NCBI GenBank assembly: GCA_050949565.1 | Contig: JBMNFY010000019.1 | Location: 1-64,000 of the forward strand | Source: Kiritimatiellia bacterium | GTDB taxonomy: Bacteria; Verrucomicrobiota; Kiritimatiellia; RFP12; UBA1067 | DNA: 64,000 nucleotides | Reading direction: 5' to 3' | Notes under the pieces: generated by a model | What the model was told of the DNA's origin: nothing | Seen by the model: only the letters and a program-made list of their open reading frames with translations | Database searches by the model: none | Position numbers and translations under genes: made by a program | Part shown: positions 8,728 to 16,801 of the stretch, piece by piece | How positions within the stretch are numbered: position 1 is the stretch's first letter | Layout: the number at the start of each line of letters is the position of its first letter

Positions 8728-9876
8728 TCAGTTCGGATTCATGATTCGTCCCAGAAACAGGATGTTGCCCGAGCTGTTTTCCTGAATAAGAAAGAGAAAG
8801 GGATGGTCAGCACAAAAATGGGGGGGAAGGGACTCAAGAAAACTTGCAGCCGTACTGGCAGTCGCTTCGGTTCCCATTTCGTTGACTTCGATATACGTCT
8901 GGTGGATGACTTTATTGATGTACAGAGGCTTTTCGGTGATGCCACTGAAGTCGGCTTTGGGCGTGAAGGCCAATTTAAGCCCGAGTGCCTCAAGCGCAGG
9001 ATTGAGGATAGTGGAACCCCATGAGAATTTGAAACGCGGGATTCGCACAACCACTTCGGCGACTTTCATACGGGATGTCCAAGCCGCTAATGACGTAGCA
9101 GAAAGTTTCTCCTCCGCATGAGCGAAATCCTCGGCAGACTTCCCATCTGGGAGAATGAAAAGCATGGAAAAAGCGTTGCCTTGGTACGGAAGTCTGAGCA
9201 ACTGGAGTCCGTCGGTTGCGAGATAAGCAAAACGCCCCGTCTGCATCATTAACGGCACAAGGATTTGATCCGTCCCGTTGATGAAAAACGGCTCCTTTCG
9301 TGTGTCAGATAATTTGAATTGCGATTTCCAATTCCCTTTGAAATAGACAGCATTGATTAGCATCAGGCGGGTGCCTGTCTCAGGGGGGGCGGTGAGGATG
9401 TTCTGAATCTTGCCATTGGTCTGTTTCCCGACCCAATTGTTGATGCGAAAACGTACCGCCGAGGAGTCGTTGACAAAATCAACAGGGAACGGCGTTACGC
9501 CATATCCCGTCTTGAGGTGCTTGATGAAAGTTGGTTTGACGGGATATCCCTGTTGTAGAAAAAGGGCGCATGCAAGGTCAAAACGAACAGCTCCCAGATG
9601 GCGGGACAATGGGAACCTTCCGGGGACAGAGGGCGAATGTAGAACTTGTGCGAACTCCTCAGCGGTTTCGCCCTCCGCTCCTCCGTAAGCCATGGAAAGT
9701 GTCGCAAAGACGCTGACAGGCGAGATGCAAAGATTGCCTGATCGGTGGCGCACTTGTTGGTAAAGATCACATCCGAAGGCGTTGATTGGCGACAAACCGC
9801 CGTCAGCGCAGACGGTCAACGCATGACTCGCCACAGTAATGGAAAAAAGTGTCAGCACCTTTGTTTTTAAAGACAT
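8728..9876 (-). CDS. secreted serpin
   Basis: NLCISPVS, INNWV..QTNGKI, LINAVYFKGNW, hinge EVNEMGTEA, FCADHPFLFLI and ILFLGRI; signal peptide. Confidence 0.95.
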   Translation of the reverse strand: MSLKTKVLTLFSITVASHALTVCADGGLSPINAFGCDLYQQVRHRSGNLCISPVSVFATLSMAYGGAEGETAEEFAQVLHSPSVPGRFPLSRHLGAVRFDLACALFLQQGYPVKPTFIKHLKTGYGVTPFPVDFVNDSSAVRFRINNWVGKQTNGKIQNILTAPPETGTRLMLINAVYFKGNWKSQFKLSDTRKEPFFINGTDQILVPLMMQTGRFAYLATDGLQLLRLPYQGNAFSMLFILPDGKSAEDFAHAEEKLSATSLAAWTSRMKVAEVVVRIPRFKFSWGSTILNPALEALGLKLAFTPKADFSGITEKPLYINKVIHQTYIEVNEMGTEATASTAASFLESLPPHFCADHPFLFLIQENSSGNILFLGRIMNPN

Positions 9877-10581
9877 TGTGAATATCCTTTCTCCCCTTCA
9901 ATCACACCCGCCGAGCATTTCGCCAGTGGCGGCGTCCACGTAGATGCTCACCCAAGGAAAGCCTGTGCCCTCCGGCTTCTGGAAGGCGTTGTTCCAGACC
10001 AGCGCGACCTCGTCCCACTTCGGCTCGTAGTCAGAAAATCCGCTGTCGTCTGCAGGGCGGATGTAGTTGTAATTTGGGCTGATGTACTCCAGTCGGTTGC
10101 TGTGGAACGTAAGCTTCGGAGTCAGCTCTTTCACCGGAAAGTACTTCTTGAGGTATTCAAAGCCTTTTTTTCTCCCCTCTTCGGATGTCAGCACGACCTT
10201 CGTTGTGAGATTCGTCGGTATCTGGTAGAGACAACTGAACCATTCTCCGAGGGGGTATCCCGGCAGGTCGGCAATATGGACACCAACGGGATAAAGAGTC
10301 GGGTAGCCGTTGACACAAGGCGTGAAAGCGAATTCCCATACACCGTGAAAGAAACCGAACGAACGGCACTCGAACTTCGTCTTGTCCCAGAGGTTGGACA
10401 CCCCAAACATAGCTGCGTACTCAGCGGCTTTCAGCCGCGCTTCGCGCTCGTTGGTGTGGATCGGCTTGTGGTCGGGAACACTGTAACAAACGTCTGGGTA
10501 GCGGTACACGTAGTTATTGACGATCAGTACAGTATCAGAGCCATCATCCAGAAACTCAAGAGGCTCTTGCAAAACCCCCTC

Positions 10582-10630
10582 GTGACATGGGCGTCCCGCC
10601 CATGAAACACGGGCAGGATGCCCGTGCCAC
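10582..10630. repeat. REP-like palindrome doublet inside the IS end
   Basis: CATGGGCG-tcc-CGCCCATG and CACGGGCA-gga-TGCCCGTG hairpins. Confidence 0.7.
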
Positions 10631-10801
10631 GCCTGCACGCAAGGGATTTTGCAGGATTTTCTGACGAAGAGGCGCAGCGGTTGCTGAAAAACGGACGCGA
10701 CAGGGCGTTTTTCCCGTTTTTCGGATGTTTCCGGGCAGACCCCGGCGCCTCCGCCCGGTCGCGGGCGGGTTTTCAGGGAGGGCAGTCTGCCGCGGGGCCG
10801 G

Positions 10802-11917
10802 TCAGGGAAGCATTCTGAGCATCTGCTCGGCGGCGATGACCAGCAGCCCGAAGGCCAGATGCGCCGCCACCTTCGCCGGGCCGCGCACCCGGACGTTCCG
10901 TCCGCCGTGCTCTTCGTGCAGATGGCTGTTGACGCGCTCGACGGCCGTGCGTTCGTGGTAGCGCCGGGCTTCCGCCGGGGAGAACTCGATCTTCTCGCCC
11001 CGGCGCGGGTTGTGGTCGATGAGCGCCACGTGCCCCAGCCGCGCCGACATCTCGCGGATCTCCTTGGCGTCGTAGGCGGCGTCGGCCAGATCATAGAGGT
11101 TGACGATCCGTCCGGCGGTCATCTGCGCCAGCGGGATGGCGGCCTGGCTGTCGTGCAGGCTGGCGGAAGTGAGTATGAAGCTGACCGGGATATCGCCGTC
11201 GATCACGTCCAGATGGGCCTTGTAGCCGCGCCAGCATTCGGTCTTGCCCTGGCTGTTGCGCTTGCAGCCCCAGTCGCATGCGCGGGGCAGATCGGCGAGA
11301 TTCGCGGAGAGGTCGCGCTTGAGCTGCCGTTGCAGCCGGGTGGGATCCGGCGGAGGAGTCTGGGGCTCGTCTTTGCGGCGGCGTCCGCGCCTGCCGCGCT
11401 TCCTCTCGCGCGGGGCGCGGGGCTTGGCCTCGGCCTTCTCGCGGGCGTGGATCGCGGTCGAATCGCGGTTGACGTGGCCGGCGAGCTTGTCGCCGTAGTG
11501 GGCTTCGAGCAGCGCCTCGTGGATTCGCTGCGGGCGGCCGTCGCGGGCGAAGGCGTCGAAGGCGCGGGAGAAGGTCGCCTCCGAAGGCACCTCGCCGAGC
11601 GTCTCCCATCCGCAGAGGCGGCGCAGGGTCGGACGGTGGCGGATCGCGTCGATCAGGTCGCGTGTCGTGGCGAAGTTCCAGACCGCCTTGGCGATGAAGG
11701 CCTTGCAGAGCGCCAGCCGGTCGCTGGGCGGGCAGCCGTTGCCGACCCAGCGGTAGGCGGCCATGTGGTCCTGCGGCGCGCAAAGCTCGCAGACGGCCAC
11801 GAACTGCCGATGCTTCTCGTCGAGTTCGCCGATCTCGTCCTCCAGCATGGGGAACAGCCACGACTGGATGCTCTCCCAGAGTTCGCCAAGGGATCTGTGT
11901 TCCGATGTCGTCTTCAT
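10802..11917 (-). CDS. DDE transposase (DUF772/DDE_Tnp_1 type)
   Basis: LRRLCGW..VPSEATFSR, RDSTAI, GYKAHLD, ADAAYD and RTAVERVNS motifs. Confidence 0.9.
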   Translation of the reverse strand: MKTTSEHRSLGELWESIQSWLFPMLEDEIGELDEKHRQFVAVCELCAPQDHMAAYRWVGNGCPPSDRLALCKAFIAKAVWNFATTRDLIDAIRHRPTLRRLCGWETLGEVPSEATFSRAFDAFARDGRPQRIHEALLEAHYGDKLAGHVNRDSTAIHAREKAEAKPRAPRERKRGRRGRRRKDEPQTPPPDPTRLQRQLKRDLSANLADLPRACDWGCKRNSQGKTECWRGYKAHLDVIDGDIPVSFILTSASLHDSQAAIPLAQMTAGRIVNLYDLADAAYDAKEIREMSARLGHVALIDHNPRRGEKIEFSPAEARRYHERTAVERVNSHLHEEHGGRNVRVRGPAKVAAHLAFGLLVIAAEQMLRMLP

Positions 11918-11972
11918 GCGCCAAGGCTCCTTCGTTCGATGCGCACACCCGTTCTTTCGGGCGACAGAGCCT

Positions 11973-12001
11973 TTATAACATATTGCGCGGCAATAGTCTA
12001 C
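11973..12001 (-). promoter_or_regulatory. putative promoter of the outer transposase
   Basis: TAGACT-N17-TATAAA on the minus strand. Confidence 0.45.
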
Positions 12002-12025
12002 AACTATTTTCAAAAAAACGGGGGG

Positions 12026-13482
12026 CGCGGTATGTCATAGTCATGGACACCGTAGCCAAAATCGCGGTGTCCGGAAATCAAGCGCATCCGTCAAATACTG
12101 GACACCGTGCTAGAATCGGCTCGCATGAGAAACGAGATGTCACGGAAAGCCACGATGGAATACGTCGGCGCGAAGCGTCGCGCCTATTCAAAACTGAAGA
12201 GCAAGAAGGCCAAGAGTGCCGCGATCGACGACTTCTGCCAGGTCACGGGGGCCGAGCGCAAATACGCCATCCGGCTGCTGACCGGCAACCGGAAGTACCG
12301 CGATCACGCCGGGCGCGGGAAGACGTACACGCCCGGGGCGGAAGCCCTGTTCCTGCGTCTCTGGCGCGCCTCGGGACGCATGACGCCCCAGTACCTTGTG
12401 ACCGTGACGGGCCGCCAGATGGCCGCGCTGCGCGAGCTCGAGCATGTCGACGAGGCGGCCGCGGCGCAGGTTCTGCGCATGAGCGCGTCGACGATGGAGC
12501 GCATCCTCCGCAAGCACCCGCGCGAGGCCCCGCGCCGCCGCAACCGCCGCAGCGGGGCGAACGCGCTGGCGTCGAGCGTCCCCTGCGTCCCGGGCGAGGC
12601 GCTGCCGCCCGCCGCCCCCGGCGACACGCAGGTCGACACGGTCGCGCTCTGCGGGGGCGACATGAGCGGCAACTTCTTCTGGATCCTCACGCTCACGGAC
12701 CGCCTGACGCAGTGGACGGAGCTGCGCTGCGTCTGGAACCGCGGCGCGGCCGCGACCAAGGAAGGCCTCGCCGACGCCGAGGCCGCGTTCCCGTTCCCGC
12801 TCACGGCCATGCACTCGGACAGCGGGCTGGAGTTCCTCAACGCCCACGTGCTCGGCTACGCGCGGGACCGCCCCCGCCCCCTCGCCTTCACCCGTTCCCG
12901 CCCCGGGAACAAGAACGACAACGCCCGCGTGGAGCAGAAGAACGCCTCCGTCGTCCGCGAGTATTTCGGCTACGAGCGCATCGACCGCATCGAGCTCAAG
13001 AAGGACATGGACGTCCTGTGCGCGAAGATATCGCTGTACAACAACCTCTTCCGCCCCTGCAAGCGGCTCATCTCCAAAACCAAAAGGCCGGACTCGCACG
13101 GCTTCTCCAAGCGTTACGACAAGCCCGCCACGCCCCTCGACAGGGTGATTGCGTCGGGACACGCGGACCCCGCCGTGATCCGGCGTCTTACCGCGCTCCG
13201 CGAAAAGACCAATCCGATCCGCCTCCTTGAGGACATCCGCCGCCGATACGCGCTGATCCTGCGCAAGCAGAACAAGCTCGCCAAACGCGAAGCGCAAGGG
13301 ATGACCACCCCGGGTTCCGCGCCCTGTCCCGCCGGAATACCGGCGGGACAGGGCGCGGAACTCGGCCACCCTTCACGCCGTTGACCAGCCCCTCGTCCCT
13401 TGACCCCCTCGGTGTCCAGTATTTGACGGATCGTCACCGCCTCAAAAAAACCTACGGTGTCTTTTCTATTTGACGGACCGCG
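12026..13482 (+). mobile_element. inner IS with an integrase-core transposase (ISNCY-like)
   Basis: Ends CGCGGT...ACCGCG flanked by GGGGGG on both sides (candidate TSD); subterminal inverted motif TCCGTCAAATACTGGACACCG / CGGTGTCCAGTATTTGACGGA plus degenerate second copies. Confidence 0.75.
12125..13384 (+). CDS. rve/integrase-core transposase
   Basis: RKYAIRLL, QVDTVALCGG, LTLTD, HSDSGLEFLN and TRSRPGNKNDNARVEQKN motifs. Confidence 0.9.
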   Translation: MRNEMSRKATMEYVGAKRRAYSKLKSKKAKSAAIDDFCQVTGAERKYAIRLLTGNRKYRDHAGRGKTYTPGAEALFLRLWRASGRMTPQYLVTVTGRQMAALRELEHVDEAAAAQVLRMSASTMERILRKHPREAPRRRNRRSGANALASSVPCVPGEALPPAAPGDTQVDTVALCGGDMSGNFFWILTLTDRLTQWTELRCVWNRGAAATKEGLADAEAAFPFPLTAMHSDSGLEFLNAHVLGYARDRPRPLAFTRSRPGNKNDNARVEQKNASVVREYFGYERIDRIELKKDMDVLCAKISLYNNLFRPCKRLISKTKRPDSHGFSKRYDKPATPLDRVIASGHADPAVIRRLTALREKTNPIRLLEDIRRRYALILRKQNKLAKREAQGMTTPGSAPCPAGIPAGQGAELGHPSRR

Positions 13483-14173
13483 GGGGGGTTGACAAACTCT
13501 CTGGAATATGCGAGGATACCTTTGTTCGTTTTGGGCGAGGCATGGTGCCGCGCAGAAAATGAAGGAGCAGGCTGGAGCGTCGGGCTCGCCCGCGGTGGGC
13601 GGCTGGATATTTCAGCCTGCCGGACGCCCCGCGAGGCAAGCCGTCAGGCGCAGCGTCGCGGGGGGTTTTGCAAGAGCCTCTCAAAATAACACTTTCTGGT
13701 TTTATCCGTGATATTGAAACTGTACCTGCTTTCAATACGGCTCCACGGCATCGACTCCGAAATCGGTTTGCGCGATATATCGACCTTGCTTCGCGTGAAT
13801 TCGTTCGTCCAGACCCCGCGGTGATACGTCCAGACAGGCTTGTCACTTCTAAACGGGTTCTTTGCCACAAAACAATTGTTGGTCACCCAGAGGCGTTCCA
13901 CCCACTTAAGGGCAAGGCTTTCATAATGTTCCGCCTGCTGTCGTGTGGGCGGCTTAGGCGGCGGGGGCGGGACAGGCCGTTTCCAACCTGCGGTTTCGGC
14001 CTCCCTCTCAAGTTCCTCCATGAGGGCAAGATGCTTGGCCAGAGCTTCTTCCTCTTTCTGCTTGCGACGTGCCTCGTCCGGTAAGGATGCGGCCGGCCTC
14101 CTGTCCGCGAAAATGCAGAACGCGACTGCCAAAACAAAAAATAGAACCAAGGTTTTCATTTTTTCCTTTCCGG

Positions 14174-14647
14174 TTAGAACGGCTTTTTGTTGAGGTCAAG
14201 AAAGACTGAGTTGTCCTTATCCACCAGATTTAGTCTCGCTTCGTAATACCAATAGTCACGTTTAGGATATTCAGTCCGTATTTTTCGACGCACTTCGTCT
14301 ACCGCCTCCTCAACCGTTCTCGTTTGCCCCGTCCCTGTGGAATCCAGTTCTTGCATCAGCATCTTGGGGATGCCGACGGAAAACTGGCGCACGACCTCGC
14401 AGTCCCATCCGATGTAGTTTTTGGCGTTGAGTTTCGTGCCGATGTCCCGCACGGCATGTGTGCTTTGCGTTTCATACTCGGGAGAAAAGCCGATTATTCT
14501 GGTGTTTTCGCCAAACCTTATCGGCCTGTACCATCGATCGGTCGACTCGCAGGTGTTCATGAACACGAGGTTGTATTCGAGGTCGTCCCGGGAGATGTCA
14601 GACGCCTTGAAATAATCCTTCGCATACCTGTTGTTGCCGACGGTCAT
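14174..14647 (-). pseudogene. orphan divergent C-terminal tip of the caspase/CHAT-like peptidase
   Basis: Homologous to 16802-17250 (LVFMNTC.STD, HAV.DIG..LNA.NY.GWDCEV, PKMLM.ELD, KDNS..LDLNKK) but begins after the catalytic-His strand. Confidence 0.8.
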
Positions 14648-15714
14648 TTGCTGAAGTCCAAGCCGCCAATCATTTCGCCTGTCACGGCATCCACGTAGAT
14701 AAACGCAGAGCGGGGATAATCCTCTTTATCCGTGGACTCAAACGACACGATGTACGCCAGCCGAACCTCGTCGCGTTTGGGGACGTAGTCGGAAATGCCG
14801 ACCCCGTAGTCAGAACTAGGATGGATGTAGTTGTAGTTCGGCTTGACGTACATCAGCCAGTTGTTGTTGTCGTACACCATCCGGGACGCGACTTCCTTGA
14901 AGGGGAAGTATTTTTTAAGGTACTCCTCCGCCTTGGATGCCGCCTGCCCGGAGGACAGGACTGCCCGCGACGGCAGATTAGTCGGGCACCAGTCCAGTGA
15001 AGAAACAAAATAGCCGAGCGGCATTCCCGGGAGGTCTGCCACCTCGAGGCCCACGCTGTACGGGGTTGCCAAGCCGTTTGTGTAAAAATGCCCGTCATAA
15101 ATCCACACTCCCTCCTCATACTGGAATTTGCGTTGCTTGAACTTCACGTTGTCCCACAAATTGTGGACGCCGAACATGGCCGCGTATTCGCTCATTTTCG
15201 CTTTGACCGCCTCCTCCGACGTATGGAGCGGAGGATGGTACGGCTGCCCAAGGATGTAAGGAAGATAAGGGACATCGTGTTGTCTGTAGAGCGGGTTGCT
15301 GATCGAAGTCACTTTTTCAGAGCGTCCAAAAAAATGCACGCAAAGTTCTCTCGAAGTTGCTACGGTTTTAGAATCCACAATAGGCTCAAACGACCTATAG
15401 ACAAACACATCGAAAAAATCGCTTCCGGGGCCAGCCGGGTCTTTACAAACAGCGGATGCCCGTCCCGATGTGTACAAGTCGGGGCGGTATTTCTGCAGGG
15501 GGTACCATTGCGGCTTTCTGTTGCTGAAAGGGTTGCCGCAAACATAATAATCCATGCCCGTCCACAGACGCTTGGCCCAGGCATCGGCCAGACGGATATA
15601 CGGTGCCTGCTCTTCCGCCGACAGCACGGGGGGGATCGGCTCGGCGCAGCAGGCTTCCGCCAGCGCAGAGGCGAGGATGATGAATGACAGACTTTGCTTC
15701 GCAATTCTGATCAT
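14644..15714 (-). CDS. secreted immunity-like protein with PepSY-like C-terminus, paralogue B
   Basis: Signal peptide; tandem paralogue of 15739-16791; ends IYVDAVTGEMIGG. Confidence 0.75.
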   Translation of the reverse strand: MIRIAKQSLSFIILASALAEACCAEPIPPVLSAEEQAPYIRLADAWAKRLWTGMDYYVCGNPFSNRKPQWYPLQKYRPDLYTSGRASAVCKDPAGPGSDFFDVFVYRSFEPIVDSKTVATSRELCVHFFGRSEKVTSISNPLYRQHDVPYLPYILGQPYHPPLHTSEEAVKAKMSEYAAMFGVHNLWDNVKFKQRKFQYEEGVWIYDGHFYTNGLATPYSVGLEVADLPGMPLGYFVSSLDWCPTNLPSRAVLSSGQAASKAEEYLKKYFPFKEVASRMVYDNNNWLMYVKPNYNYIHPSSDYGVGISDYVPKRDEVRLAYIVSFESTDKEDYPRSAFIYVDAVTGEMIGGLDFSK

Positions 15715-15738
15715 GATGGTCTCCTTAGTCGCCGACGG

Positions 15739-16791
15739 TCATTTGCTGAAGTCCAAGCCGCCGATCATTTCGCCTGTCACGGCATCCACGTAGATAAGCG
15801 CGGTGCAGGGATCGTCGTCTTTGTCCGTGGACTGAAACGGCACGGAGTACACCATCCGAAGCTCATCGCGTTTGGGAACGTAGCCGGAAATGCCGATCCC
15901 GTAATCAGAATCGGGGTGGATGTAATTGTAGTTCGGCTTGACGTACTCCAGCCAGTTGGTGTTGCTGTACACCATCCGGGACGCGATTTCCCTGAAAGGG
16001 AAGTGTTTTTTCAGGTACTTCTCTGCCTTGGATGCCGCCTGCCCGGAGGACAGGACCGCCCGCGACGGCAGATTGGTCGGGCACCAGTCCAACGTGGAAA
16101 TAAAATGTCCGAGCGGCATGCCCGGGAGGTCTGCCACCTCGAGGCCCACGATATACGGGGTTGCCAAGCCGTTTGTGTAAAAGTGCCCGTCATAAATCCA
16201 CACCCCCTCCGCATACCGGAGTTTGTGCTGCTTGAATTTTACGCTGTCCCATAAATCGTGGACGTCGAACATGGCCGCGTATTCGCTCATTTTCGCCTTG
16301 ACCGCCTCCTCCGACGTATGGAGCGGAGGATGGAACGGCTGCCCAAGGATATATGGAAGATAAGGGACGTTGTGCTGTCTGTAGAGCGTATTGCTGACGA
16401 TGCTCACCTTGTGGGAACGCCCCAGAAAATGCACCCTGAGTTCGCAGCGTCCCGTAATTGTGATGAGTGAGCGACAGACAACCACATCAAAAAAGTCGCT
16501 CCCGGGAAGGGCTGGAGCTTTGAATGCGGCACCCACCGGCCCCGAGGTGTACAAGTCGGGGCGGTATTTCTGCAGGGGGTACCATTGCGGTTTTCTGTTG
16601 CTGAAAGGGTTGCCGTGAACATAATAATCCATGCCCGTCCACAGGCGTCTGGCCCAGGTATCGGCCAGACGGATATATGACGCCTGCTCTTCCGCCGACA
16701 GCACGGGGGGGATCGGCTCGGCGCGGCAGGCTCCCGCCAGCGCAGAGGCGAGGATGATGAATGACAGACTTTGCTTCGCAATTCTGATCAT
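15739..16791 (-). CDS. secreted immunity-like protein with PepSY-like C-terminus, paralogue A
   Basis: AAGGAG RBS immediately after the stop of the large peptidase-tip gene; signal peptide; ends IYVDAVTGEMIGG. Confidence 0.75.
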   Translation of the reverse strand: MIRIAKQSLSFIILASALAGACRAEPIPPVLSAEEQASYIRLADTWARRLWTGMDYYVHGNPFSNRKPQWYPLQKYRPDLYTSGPVGAAFKAPALPGSDFFDVVVCRSLITITGRCELRVHFLGRSHKVSIVSNTLYRQHNVPYLPYILGQPFHPPLHTSEEAVKAKMSEYAAMFDVHDLWDSVKFKQHKLRYAEGVWIYDGHFYTNGLATPYIVGLEVADLPGMPLGHFISTLDWCPTNLPSRAVLSSGQAASKAEKYLKKHFPFREIASRMVYSNTNWLEYVKPNYNYIHPDSDYGIGISGYVPKRDELRMVYSVPFQSTDKDDDPCTALIYVDAVTGEMIGGLDFSK

Positions 16792-16801
16792 GATGGTCTC
16801 C

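Larger units (their letters stand above)
10560..13680 (-). mobile_element. outer IS (IS1182/IS5-like DDE element) carrying a nested IS
   Basis: Perfect 20-bp TIR GAGGCTCTTGCAAAACCCCC / GGGGGTTTTGCAAGAGCCTC; 4-bp TSD TCAA at 10556-10559 and 13681-13684. Confidence 0.9.
9898..14159 (-). pseudogene. immunity-like gene, paralogue C, interrupted by nested IS elements
   Basis: 5' half 13681-14159 (signal peptide, WVERLW..NPF..KP.W) and 3' half 9898-10559 (EYAAMF, ADLPG, PNYNYI, IYVDAATGEMLGG). Removing 10560-13680 plus one TCAA restores the frame: ...RKCYF-E-FLDDG... Confidence 0.85.

Noticed and set aside
10676-10693. CAGCGGTTGCTGAAAAA as an alternative IS end
   Set aside because: No matching inverted copy was found; the 10560/13680 ends have perfect TIRs, a TSD and restore the target frame.
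9898-11094. 398-aa ORF taken as one gene
   Set aside because: It is a chimera of IS sequence read off-frame with the 3' half of the interrupted immunity gene.
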